This document shows, one piece after another, positions 39,982 through 51,754 of a stretch of 64,000 nt of DNA. Origin of the DNA: Eledone cirrhosa (lineage: Eukaryota); NCBI GenBank assembly GCA_964016885.1, contig OZ024753.1, positions 15,996,001 to 16,060,000 of the forward strand, in the 5' to 3' direction. How positions within the stretch are numbered: the stretch's first letter is position 1; the number at the start of each line of letters is the position of its first letter. The notes under the pieces are model-generated. The model did no database searches and had not been told where the DNA came from. It worked only from the letters and a program-made list of their open reading frames with translations. A program made the translations under genes and the position numbers.

Positions 39982-40409
39982 CTATATATGGTAAATTTAA
40001 CCACACATGTAGCTAAGCAACTGATAAACCTATATATGGTAAATTTAACCACACACCACACATGTAGCTATGTAGACTGACTGAACACACATGTGTAAAA
40101 TGATCTTATGCAATCCTACATGATCCCAAAAATATAATTTCTCCATCAACCTCTGCAATCCAGCCTGCATCCATAAAATGTATAAATCTACAAACGATTC
40201 AATGAAATTCTACCTTAATGTCATAACATTTATTAATCTAGCCATCATCATATGTAAACCTATAAAACCCAATAAACGTATCTTTCATCCTATGTGATGC
40301 AACCCCATAATATTACCTTACACATCAGTATATGTAAACTTAGCTAATGGCAGAAAATGTATTCATCAACACACCATTTACTGTTTTTTCGTCTCTTTAA
40401 ATCATCACA

Positions 40410-41198
40410 GAATCTCCAACAATCTCCGACCACCTCCAGCAATCTCCAACAACTTCCAACAACTTCCAGCAATCTCTAACAACTTCCAACAACTTCCAGC
40501 AATCTCTAACAACCTCCAGCAACCTCCAGCAATCTCCAGTAACCTCCAGCAATCTCCAGTAACCTCCAGCAATCTCCAACAACCTCCAGCAATCTCCAAC
40601 AACCTCCAGCAATCTCCAACAACCTCCAACAACCTCCAGCTATCTTCAACAACCTCCAGCTATCTTCAACAACCTCCAGCTATCTTCAACAACCTCCAGC
40701 TATCTTCAACAACCTCCAGCTATCTTCAACAACCACCAGCAATCTCCAACAGCCTCCAGCAATCTCCAACAATCCCAGCAATCTCCAGCAACTTCCAACA
40801 ACCTCAAGCAATCTCCAACAACCTTCAGAAATCTCCAACAACCTCCAGCTATCTCCAACAACCTCCAACAACCTCCAGCTATCTCCAACAACCTCCAACA
40901 ACCTCCAACTATCTCCAACAATCTCCAGCAATTTCCAGCAATCTGCAACAACTTTCAGCAATCTCCAACAACCTCCAACAATCTTCCACAACCTCCAGCA
41001 ATATCCAACAACCTCCAGCAAACATCCAACAATCTCCAGCCACCTCCAACAATCTCCAACCACCTCCATCAATCTCCAACAACCTCCAGCAACCTCCAAC
41101 CACCTCCAGCAATCTACAACAACCTCCAACAACCTCCAGCAACCTCCAACAACCTCCAATAACCTCCAGCAATCTCCAGCCACCTCCAGCAATTTCAG
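40410..41198. repeat. 10-bp degenerate tandem repeat (CAACCTCCAG/CAATCTCCAA)
   Basis: Seen directly. Confidence 0.95.
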
Positions 41199-41205
41199 CT
41201 TTACT

Positions 41206-41355
41206 AGGGGCAGATTAAGATTACATGGATCCTCAAGCTGAAAATTTGATTGGGGTGCTTCTATATTATTTATGGTAGTAAAATAAATTAATTTGGGGCC
41301 TTGTTGGTAACTTCACCCCAATGTCAAACCCAACCATAGTCCTTAACACCACCCA
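41206..41355. mobile_element. Possible highly decayed PIF/Harbinger-type MITE
   Basis: AGGGGCAGATTAAG at the left and CTTAACACCACCC at the right are only partly complementary. Confidence 0.3.
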
Positions 41356-42187
41356 AGACTAATCATCGTTTTGGGGAAAAAAAAACGTTAATTGTGAGCA
41401 AGTGAGAGGTTAGATTAGTTGAAAACACAATGTAAACCGTAGGGTGCTTTACTATAATTTACACAAGTTTCAGTTACTAAAAAAATTAAATGTTAGAGTT
41501 TATAATATTAATTATATTAGTTGCTGATTATTATCAACAGTAAAAGCTTTAACTTTCCAATATTATTTTAGGAATAAAAGTTTACATCTCAATTGTTGTT
41601 TTTCTTTGTTTTTTTTTCTTTTGTTTTTTTCAGGATAACCAATTACTAGATTTGTATATGTTGGTGATACTTGAGCTTATGTGACTCTTCCTGAAATTTG
41701 ATGGTATTTAAGTTTGTTGAATATAAAATAATTGTTTTGTAGAATAAACTTGAATAATTAGTTATTTTCTTTTTGTTTGTTTTTTAAAAATAATAATCAC
41801 TTTTAAATAATAATCACATATTTTTATTTTTTATTAATAATTGTTTCTACTTTCACGGCTGGTTCATACATTCTGTTTTAGTATTTGTATGGCCTCTATG
41901 ACAGAATGCCCTTCTGAACCCCAAACTAAGCATTTTATTGCGGTACAAGGTGGGCATGTCCGGCTTTCCATGTTGGCTTGGGTTGGATGTGAAAGGGTAG
42001 GGTTTGCTGGAATAAGTTGGACAAGCATGGGATTTGTCTTTCCTTGCTGGGAGGTGATGGATGAGGGGAGGAGTTGTCTTTCCCTGCTGGGAGGGAATGG
42101 ATGAGAGGAGCAGGAATTGTCTTTCCAACAGCTAGATGTTGTTGGACATGCAATGTGAAGACAGAAAAGGTGAAGACAGAAAAGGTA

Positions 42188-42355
42188 AAGATGAAAAAAT
42201 GCCAGGAACTCTTAGTGGAAGGTAGAAGCAGGAGATGATGACCAAGGAAGACCTGGGTAGAGATGATGATGACAAAAAAAATGCAACAAATGGAGAGATG
42301 CTGTGCTAGGAAAGACCTGTCCACCATATGTAAATATGGAGAAGCAGACCTAATA
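42188..42355 (+). mobile_element. Decayed RTE family-A-like 3' end
   Basis: AAATGCCAGGAA…GAAGGTAGA…CCAAGGAAGACCTGG…AAATGGAGAGATGCTGTGCT matches the reverse complement of ~15065-15255. Confidence 0.6.
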
Positions 42356-42369
42356 CTGTAATATATATT

Positions 42370-42701
42370 CAAACACACACATACATATATATATAATACA
42401 CAAATATATATATATATATACACACACATACATATATATAATACAATACACAAATATATATATATATACACACACACACACATATATATACACACACATA
42501 TATATATATATACACATATATATATACACACATACACACACACATATATATATACACTAACACATATATACACAAACACACATATATATGCACACACACA
42601 CATATATATACACACACACATATACACACAAACATATATATACACAAACACACATATATATATATAATACAATACACAAATATATATATACACATACACA
42701 C

Positions 42702-42776
<75 letters not shown>

Positions 42777-43030
42777 CAAACACATATATATACACAAACA
42801 CATATATATATATATACACACATACAAACACACATATACACAAACACATATATATACACAAACACATATATACACAAACACACATTTAGATATACATACA
42901 CACATATATATATATACACACACACATATATATATATACACACACATATATATATACACACACACATATATATATATACACACACACACATATATATATA
43001 CACACACATATATAAATATATATATATATA
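42370..43030. repeat. (TA)n/(CA)n compound microsatellite
   Basis: Seen directly. Confidence 0.95.
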
Positions 43031-43200
43031 TGTCCTTGAAATATGTATAATGAAATAACTATGGTTTTATAAATATAGTTTCCATTTGTTAATATCATAT
43101 TTTTACTCCAATTATTTGTTGAGTGCTTTATATCAGTTATAAAAATATTTGCTTGTTGCATCCCAACAATTTAAATAGAACTTTTACATATATATATATA

Positions 43201-43665
43201 TTATAAAGCGTGAAATGACAGGAGGCCAAATATGTTGAATTTCTTTAATATTATGCACATTTCAGTGGCAAGGTTGCATAAAATCCTGGCGACCTCATCA
43301 GGTGTAAATTGCATAATAGATTTATACCAATGGAATGATGGTAAGTAAACCTTAAGGAAACAAGCAAAGAAAAGACAGAGAAAAAAGTTTGTGTTTATGT
43401 CTTTGACCCAGAGATGGACAAAGTAGCATGCTGCCACCTTGCTGCCCTGTCTCTTACGCAACCCTAGCCACTGAAATGTGTGTAGTGTGTACAGTTATAA
43501 ATAATTAAGGAATTTCAACATATTTGGCCTCCTGTCATTTCACTTCATAATACATTTACTCCGTTCCCGCACCACCAACATGATTCAACATTGAATGTGG
43601 ATGAGTCATGGTTAACATTGCAGAATGACCAATTCTACCCAGTGGTAAACCACCCAATTTAAACA
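43201..43665. mobile_element. (TA)n-flanked inverted-repeat cassette with a decayed hammerhead (43252-43306, minus strand)
   Basis: 43210-43280 is inverted relative to ~43457-43543. Minus strand reads TACAC-CTGATGA-GGTCGCCAGG…CCTTGCCACT-GAAA-TGTGCA-TA. Confidence 0.65.
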
Positions 43666-43678
43666 TATATATATATAC

Positions 43679-44051
43679 GAAGGCACATGGCTTAGTGGTT
43701 AGAGCATTGGGCTTGCAATCGAAAGGTTGTGAGTTCAATTCTCGGACCGGGTGATGTGTTGTTTCTTTGAGCAAGACACTTTATTTCACATTGCTCCAGT
43801 TTACTCAGCTGTAGAAATGAGATGATAGGACTGGGGTCCCTATTATTCCACTGCAAAGTGGTCATGCAGGTGCCACTGCAAAAAAGCACCCAGCACTCAC
43901 TGTAAATGAGGTTGGTGTTAGTAAGGGCTTCCAGCTGTAGAAATCAAGCCAAAATCAGCTCCCGTATGAGCAAGACAAGGTCAGCCACAACAGGACAACC
44001 CGTCTAACCCATGCTAGCGTGGAAGAATGGACGTAAAACGGTGATGATGAT
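43679..44051 (+). mobile_element. Full-length CORE-like SINE, type-B tail
   Basis: Same head and body as 14074. Tail CCCGTATGAGCAAG…AACCCATGCTAGCGTGGAAGAATGGACGTAAAACGGTGATG. Confidence 0.92.
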
Positions 44052-44404
44052 TATATATATATATATATATATGGAATGTAACAAATGGAGAGGTGTTGTA
44101 CTGAGAAGGACCTGTCTACCCCATTCAAGTGTGGAACAACGGATGTAAAATTATGATGATGACATATACATATATACAACTACACAGACACACACACACA
44201 TATACAACTACACAGACACATATATACAACTGCACACACACACACATATAATCATTGAAATAGTTGAGATAAATATCAACAGAAGAGTTAATGAAAAAAG
44301 TTTGGTGTCGTTTTTAGTGTTTTATGATGTCGAGTTAATGAAATATAAGATATAGGAATGTCTACATTAACAATTTTACAAAATTGATTTCTCTTCATCT
44401 TTCA

Positions 44405-44755
44405 CAATACCCCCACCCCACCTCACACGCCCCACACCAGAGCCCCACCCCACCACACACATCACAGCCCCACACACCACTGCACACCCCACCTCCCACA
44501 CCAGAGCCCCACACACCACTGCACACCCCACAGCCCCACACACCACCACACACCCTACAGCCCCCCACCCTCACCCCCACACATCAGTCCACACCACACA
44601 CCCCCACACACCACCGCACACCCACCTCACACACCACAGCCCCACAAGCACCACAGCCCCACCGCACACTTCACAGCCCCACACACCATCACACACCACA
44701 GCCCACCCCCACCTCCACACCCCAGCCCCCACCACAGCCACACACCCACCCCATA
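44405..44755. repeat. C/A-rich low-complexity repeat
   Basis: Seen directly. Confidence 0.85.
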
Positions 44756-44847
44756 CTAGCTTCATTGATTTTTTTTTTAAATGGTAACTTTAAATATATT
44801 TTAAATTAAACATCAGCTGAGATCACAGTCTCAGAGTTGGTTGTTGT

Positions 44848-45430
44848 TGCCACATGTTATTACACATGATCTCACTATGATCACTGCCACATGTTATATC
44901 ATGACCTCACTATCATCACTGCCACATGTTATATCACATAACCTCTCTATCACTACTACCACATGTTATATCACAGCCTCTCACTATCATCACTGCCCAT
45001 CTGCTATATGTTATATCACATGACCTCACTATAATCACTGCCCCTACTGCTACATGTTATATCAGATGACCTCACTATCATCACTTACCCACTACCACAT
45101 GTTATATCACATGACCTCACTATAATCACTGCCCATCTGCCACATGTTATATCACATGAACTATCACCAGCGCTACATGTTATATCAGATGGCCTCGCTA
45201 TCATCACTTCCCCACTGCCACATGTTATCACATGACCTCACTATAATCACTGCCCATCTGCCACATGTTATATCACATGAACTCTATCACCAACGCTACA
45301 TGTTATATCACATGACCTCTATCATCAACACTACATGTTATATCAGATTACCTCGCTATCATCACTTCCCCACTGCCACATGTTATATCACATGACCTCA
45401 CTATAATCACTGCCCATCTGCCACATGTTA
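44848..45430. repeat. ~35-45-bp degenerate minisatellite (CCACATGTTATATCACATGACCTCACTATCATCACTG…)
   Basis: About 14-15 units, each anchored by ACATGTTAT. Confidence 0.9.
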
Positions 45431-45633
45431 GTTCATTAAGTGTTGCTCTGTTCAACATGTTTACTGCAGCTCATGTAACCAGTAGAAGCCAATACTGCAT
45501 AATGCAATGTTTTAAGATGTCTGTAGCAAGTCCCATCTTGCAGTGTTGTAAGTTAATCTCTGTTTAAGGCAGCAAATTGTCAGAGTCTTGAGAACGTTGG
45601 AATACTTTGTGGTATTTGTTCTGCCTCTGTTTT

Positions 45634-45870
45634 CATCATCATCATCATCCTCGTTTAACGTCCACTTTCCACGCTAGCATGGGTTAGACGGGAGTTGTCC
45701 CACTTGAGGCAAGGTTGGTTGGGTGACCATGTCTCGCTCATATAGGACTATCTGGCAGGTTTTCTATGGCTGGATGCCCTTCCTAACACCAACCACATTT
45801 ACAGTGTTTTCTCAGTTCAAATCCCTCCGAGGTCAATATTACCTTTCATCAATTCAAAGTCAATAAAAAA
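45634..45870. mobile_element. RTE-type 3' tail (minus strand) abutting a family-M SINE fragment (plus strand)
   Basis: (CAT)n…CCCTTCCTAACACCAACC, then GTTCAAATCCCTCCGAGGTCAA…CCTTTCATC. Confidence 0.7.
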
Positions 45871-46043
45871 AATACCAGCTTCGTACTGAGGAGCAATTCT
45901 TTCTCTATATCCGTTCTCACCTCCTCTCTCACTTCCTCGCCTTCTCTGAAAGAAATCTGCTGTATTCAGAATTGGAGAGGAGATGGGTTCCAGCCGGCTT
46001 AAAACTGTCCAAGAAACACCATTTGCCACAAAAGTGCTGCTAC

Positions 46044-46520
46044 AACACCATACCATACTACACACCACACCATACCCTACTACACACCATACCATACTAC
46101 ACACCACACCATACCCTACTACACCACACCATACCCTACTACACACCATACCATACTACACCATACCATACTACACCACACCATACGATACTACATCATA
46201 CCATACTACACACCATACCCTACTACACCACACCATACTACACCATACCATACTACACCATACCATACTACACCATACCATACTAAACCGCACCATACTA
46301 AACCACACCACACCATACCATACTACACCATACCATACCACACCATACCATACCACACCACACCATACCATACCATACTACACCACACCATACCATACTA
46401 CACACCATACCATACTACACACCATACTACACCACGTCATACCATACTAAACCATACCATACTAAACCACACCACACTCAACTGCACCACACCACACCAC
46501 ACTACACTACACCACACCAA
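46044..46520. repeat. Pentanucleotide (CACCA/TACCA/TACTA)n repeat
   Basis: Seen directly. Confidence 0.95.
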
Positions 46521-47102
46521 TCTCTGTTTCCATTTGTAGACAATAACTGTCACAATTTCCACATTTTCAAAAAGCAATGAGATAAATTCTGTCCCTGTTA
46601 TCCCCCCCCCCCCTCCCCAGTTAAGATCAGTAGAGAAGGTAATACAAGAGATAAACCAGTGTTTATTAGATACATGGATTCGTTTATTGGTTCTGATTGC
46701 AAAATGTAAAATAATAAAAAAGCTTAGCATTTTATTGCAGTTGAGTAAATTGTATTGAAGAACCTTATTGCATTATCATTGTAAGAGATGAAAGCAATTG
46801 TTTTGAGAAAAGATAACTGTTGCATGGTAATATATGATGATAGATGTGTATTTAACACCTTCAGTGCAATACCAATTAATTGCATGACTATAGCTAAATG
46901 AAATCAGTTTGTTGCAGGCAAATAAATGAGTTTAAACAAACAATGTTAATACTCAAAATTGGACATTACATACAATGCTCTATCAAAACTGTGTGGAATG
47001 AAGTATTTTGGCCATCACACACAAGGTGCGAGAAATCTCAAGAACTAAATTCAATTTTGGAAGTTTCACCAAGCCATGTCTGTTTATATATGAGACCTTA
47101 GT

Positions 47103-47462
47103 AAGTAGAGAAATGAGGTGTGTGTTTGTACTGTGAAACCAATATGTCTGTGTATATATATATATATGTTATCTTTGTAGGTAGGGAAATGAGGTGTGTG
47201 TTTGTACTGTGAAACCAATATGTCTGTATATATATATATATATAGGTTACCTTTGTAGGTAGGGAAATGAGGTGTGTGTTTGTACTGTGAAACCAATATG
47301 TCTGTGTGTATATATATATATATATATATAGGTTACCTTTGTAGGTAGGGAAATGAGGTGTGTGTTTGTACTGTGAAACCAATATGTCTGTATATATAAC
47401 CACACACCTCATTTCCCTACCCTTTTAGGTAGCGACATGAGGTGTGGGGTTATACTGTGAAA
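47103..47462. repeat. ~75-bp tandem repeat (4 copies, variable TA run), followed by a short inverted piece and a decayed fifth copy
   Basis: GGGAAATGAGGTGTGTGTTTGTACTGTGAAACCAATATGTCTG four times. CACACACCTCATTTCCCTACC at 47401-47421. Confidence 0.9.
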
Positions 47463-47664
47463 GAAACTCCTTCAAATGCAGCTCCAATGTCTCTGATGTA
47501 GTAAACAGAGTTTTTACTAATGTTATGACTCATTACATAGGGTTCATTGTCTTTGTAGATAAATTGGTCTTCTTAAACACATACAATTGCAACATATATA
47601 TATATACGCACACAGATAGAAAGAATATATATATATATTATATACACACATGCAGAAAGATTAT

Positions 47665-48068
47665 AGAGAGAGAGGGGGGGTGAGGGGGGGTGAGGGAGGG
47701 GGGAGAGAGAGAGAAAGAGAGAAAGAGAGAAAGGGAGAGAGAGGGAGAGAGAGGGAGAGAGAGGGGGAGAGAGGGGGAGAGAGGGGGAGAGAGGGGGAGA
47801 GAGGGAGAGAGAGGGGGAGAGAGGGGGAGAGAGGGAGAGAGAGGGGGGGGGAGGGGGGAGAGAGAGGGAGAGAGAGGGAGAGAGAGGGAGAGAGGGGGAG
47901 AGAGAGGGGGGAGAGAGGGAGAGAGGGAGAGAGAGAGAGAGAGGGAGAGAGGGAGGGAGAGAGGGAGAGAGAGGGAGGGAGAGAGGGAGAGAGAGAGAGG
48001 GAGAGAGAGGGAGAGAGAGAGGGGGGGGGAGAGGGGGGGAGAGAGAGAGAGGGGGAGAGAGAGAGAGA

Positions 48069-48111
<43 letters not shown>

Positions 48112-48170
48112 AGAGAGAGAGGGGGAGAGAGAGAGAGAGGGAGAGAGAGGGAGAGAGAGAGGGGGGGGGA
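47665..48170. repeat. (GA)n/(GGGA)n polypurine tract
   Basis: Seen directly. Confidence 0.97.
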
Positions 48171-48438
48171 TCAGTGGAAGAAAACTTTTTCAAACGTTTG
48201 GAAACCCTCACCCCCACCCCATCATACCTCTTCCACTTGTTTTCCTGATATCTAAATAAATATATTTTAGAACATTTTCGACAGATTATTGAAATCATGT
48301 GGACACAGAGGCGGTAGACATATGGTAATCTAGGTAAATATTTAGATATGGCACAGTAACGTTGTTTTGGCATTGGTCAAAACATTTGAGGTGAAATGTT
48401 TGGGAATAAACAAGAAATATTTTACATTTCATATATAT

Positions 48439-49803
48439 AGTCCACCCTGTAAAGTGGTCATATCAATGCTATGATAAAAAGTACCCAGTCCACCCTGTAA
48501 AGTGGTCATATTGATGCTATGATAAAAAGTACCCAGTCCACGTTGTAAACTGGTCAAATCGATGCTATGATAAAAAGTACCCAGTCCACCCTGTAAAGTG
48601 GTCATATTGATGCTATGATAAAAAGTACCCAGTCCACCCTGTAAAGTGGTCATATTGATGTTACGATAAAAAAACACCCAGTCCACCCTGTAAAGTGGTC
48701 ATATTGATGTTACGATAAAAAAACACCCAGTCCACCCTGTAAAGTGGTCATATTGATGCTATGATAAAAAGTACCCAGTCCACCCTGTAAAGTGGTCATA
48801 TTGATGCTATGATAAAAAGTACCCAGTCCACCCTGTAAAGTGGTCATATTGATGCTATGATAAAAAGTACCCAGTCCACCCTGTAAAGTGGTCATATTGA
48901 TGTTACGATAAAAAAAACACCCAGTCCACCCTGTAAAGTGGTCATATCGATGCTATGATAAAAAGTACCCAGTCCACCCTGTAAAGTGGTCATATTGCTG
49001 CTACGATAAAAAAAAAAAAACACCCAGTCCACCCTGTAAAGTGGTCATATCAATGCTATGATAAAAAGTACCCAGTCCACCCTGTAAAGTGGTCATATTG
49101 ATGCTACAATAAAAAACACCCAGTCCACCCTGTAAAGTGGTCATGTTGGTGCCACAATAAAAAACACCCAGTCCACCCTGTAAAGTGGTCATATTGATGC
49201 TATGATAAAAAGTACCCAGTCCACCCTGTAAAGTGGTCATATTGATGCTATGATAAAAAGTACCCAGTCCACCCTGTAAAGTGGTCATATTGATGTTACG
49301 ATAAAAAAAAAAACACCCAGTCCACCCTGTAAAGTAGTCATATCGATGCTATGATAAAAAGTACCCAGTCCACCCTGTAAAGTGGTCATATTGCTGCTAC
49401 GATAAAAAAAAAAAAACACCCAGTCCACCCTGTAAAGTGGTCATATCAATGCTATGATAAAAAATACCCAGTCCACCCTGTAAAGTGGTCATATTAATGC
49501 TACAATAAAAAACACCCAGTCCACCCTGTAAAGTGGTCATTTTGGTGTCACAATAAAAAACACCCAGTCCACCCTGTAAAGTGGTCATTTTGGTGCCACA
49601 ATAAAAAGCACCCAGTCCACTCTGTAAATGTGGTTGGTGTTCAGAAATGCATCCAGTTGTAAAAACCAATCCAGAATCAGTTCTGTATGAGCAAGACTCC
49701 ATCATCTGCTCTGACTTGTCTCACAACGGGATAACTTGTCTAACCCATGCTAGTGTGGAATATAGACGTGTGGAATATAGACGTGTGATGATTATGATGA
49801 TGA
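48439..49803 (+). mobile_element. RTE/SINE-type 3' UTR whose internal ~48-bp unit is amplified ~24-fold (48439-49630), followed by the normal tail
   Basis: Unit CCCAGTCCACCCTGTAAAGTGGTCATATTGATGCTATGATAAAAAGTA grades into …GGTTGGTGTT…CATCCAG…AACCCATGCTAG…(GAT)n. Confidence 0.9.
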
Positions 49804-49807
49804 CATC

Positions 49808-50099
49808 AAAAGGTTGTGAGTTCAATTCTCAGACCAGGTGATGTGTTGTTTCCTTGAGCAAGACACTTTATTTCACATTGCTCCAGTTTACTCAGCTGTA
49901 GAAATGAGATGATAGGGACTGGGGTCCCTATCATTCCACTACAAAGTGGTCGGGGAGGTGCCACGGAAAAAAAGCACCCAGCACTCACTGTAAAAGAGGT
50001 TGGTGTTAGGAAGGGCATCCAGTTGTAAAAATCAAGCCAGAATCAGTTCCCGTCCCACCCTTGCAAGCAGGGAAAAAGCGGATGTAAAATGATGATGAT
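49808..50099 (+). mobile_element. 5'-truncated CORE-like SINE, type-A tail
   Basis: Colinear with ~14117-14420. Confidence 0.92.
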
Positions 50100-50444
50100 A
50101 GACAAAAGAGTATATTATTGTATATGTTCTACAAAGACAGGATGGTCTTGATTAGAATGCCTTTGATCATGTCTGCTTGGTTAAGGCTTAGCTGGGTTTA
50201 AACCACAGCAACAAGCAGGATTCCTTCATTACACTGACCCTATCGATATATCTACTAACCCATAGATAGTAACCCAGCCAAAATCAGCTCTGATTCTCAT
50301 GAAATAAAACCAGACATTTTAAAGAGTTCTCATTCAGATTAAAATCTTCCAAAATATTTATATAAGAACAATATTAAGTCACATTTTTAGTAACAAAATA
50401 AACAAATAAACCCTCAAACTTTTATATTTATCAATTGAAATATA

Positions 50445-50803
50445 GTGTGTGTGTTTGAGTGTGTGTGTTTGTGAGTGTGTGTGAGAGTGTGTGTTTGTGA
50501 GTGTGTGTGAGAGTGTGTGTGTGTGAGAGTGTGTTTGTGAGTGTGTGTGAGAGTGTGTGTGAGAGTGTGTTTGTGAGTGTGTGTGAGAGTGTGTGTGAGA
50601 GTGTGTTTGTGAGTGTGTGTGAGAGTGTATGTGTGAGTGGGTGTTTGTGTGTGTTTGTGCATGTGTTTGTGTGTGAGTGGGTGTTTGTGTGTGTTTGTGC
50701 ATGTGTTTGTGTGTGCATGTGTGCATGTGTTTGTGCATGAGAGAGTGTGTGTGTGTGCGTGAGAGAGTGCATGTGTTTGTGCGTGAGAGAGTGCGTGCGT
50801 GTG
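50445..50803. repeat. (TG)n/(TGAG)n compound microsatellite
   Basis: Seen directly. Confidence 0.95.
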
Positions 50804-50920
50804 ATAGTAGCTATAAATCGAAGTTGTAACCACAGCAGAGCAGATACCGATCAAATTGTTTGAGGCAGCACAAGCACTGAACGGTTTGAAAAGTTAATAC
50901 ATTTTCATCCAAAATATATA

Positions 50921-51233
50921 GCACATGGCTTAGTGGTTAGAGCATTGGCCTTGAAATCGAAAGGTTGTGAGTTCAATTCTCAGACCGGGTGATGTGTTGT
51001 TTCCTTGAGCAAGACACTTTATTTCACATTGCTCCAGTTTACTCAGCTGTAGAAATGAGACGATAGGGACTGGGGTCCCTATCATTCCACTGCAAAGTGG
51101 TCGTGGAGGTGCCACGGCAAAAAATCACCCTGCACTCAATGTAAATGAGGTTGGTGTAAGAAATCAAGCCAAAATCAGTTTCCGTCCCACCCTTGCAAGC
51201 AGGGAAAAAGCGGACGTAAAATGAAATGAAATG
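50921..51233 (+). mobile_element. CORE-like SINE, type-A tail, with a ~20-bp internal deletion and (ATGAA)n end
   Basis: Colinear with 14074-14420. Confidence 0.92.
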
Positions 51234-51548
51234 AAATATACTCTGAGTTTTTCAAATATTAATAATAACATTCGATTTGTTCCCAATTATGCAAACAGCC
51301 TCTTTTATAAGCCATGTCAGCAGAATGAGCCCCTCATTCCCGCTCTTGTGTTGGCATGCAAAAGAGCAAGAATGAGGGGCTCATTCTACTGACCTGGCTT
51401 ATAAAAGAGGCTGTTTGCATAATTGGAAACAAATCGAATGTTATTATTAATATTCGAAAATAAAGTACCAGTAATGCACTGGATAATTGCTGGCCTTGTG
51501 CCAAAGGTAGAAATGATTATTAATATTCGAAAAACTCAGAGTATATTT
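51234..51548. mobile_element. Near-perfect palindromic (fold-back) MITE with a SINE 3' end inserted in its right arm
   Basis: Arms are ~51234-51347 versus 51361-51460 plus 51534-51548. The SINE piece 51461-51515 is flanked by an 18-bp TSD, ATTATTAATATTCGAAAA. Confidence 0.88.
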
Positions 51549-51754
51549 ATTGTATTCAGCCATGTAGAGCGATAACTAGTTATATATCTACCTATGTATA
51601 TATCTCTTCTTCTCTCTACCTTTATCTATCTCTCCCTCCCCCTCTCTCCGTCTCTCCATCTTTCAACATATCTATGTATATATATATAAAGATTTTATTA
51701 GAAATACAGTCATGAAATCTTAAGACACAAAAGAAGAATTTTGGAAAATTGGAA

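Noticed and set aside
40397-41192. LLEVVGDCWR-repeat ORFs
   Set aside because: A 10-bp simple repeat gives the same peptide in several frames.
47573-48373. Arg/Glu/Gly-rich and Ser/Leu/Pro-rich ORFs
   Set aside because: They are translations of the (GA)n tract.
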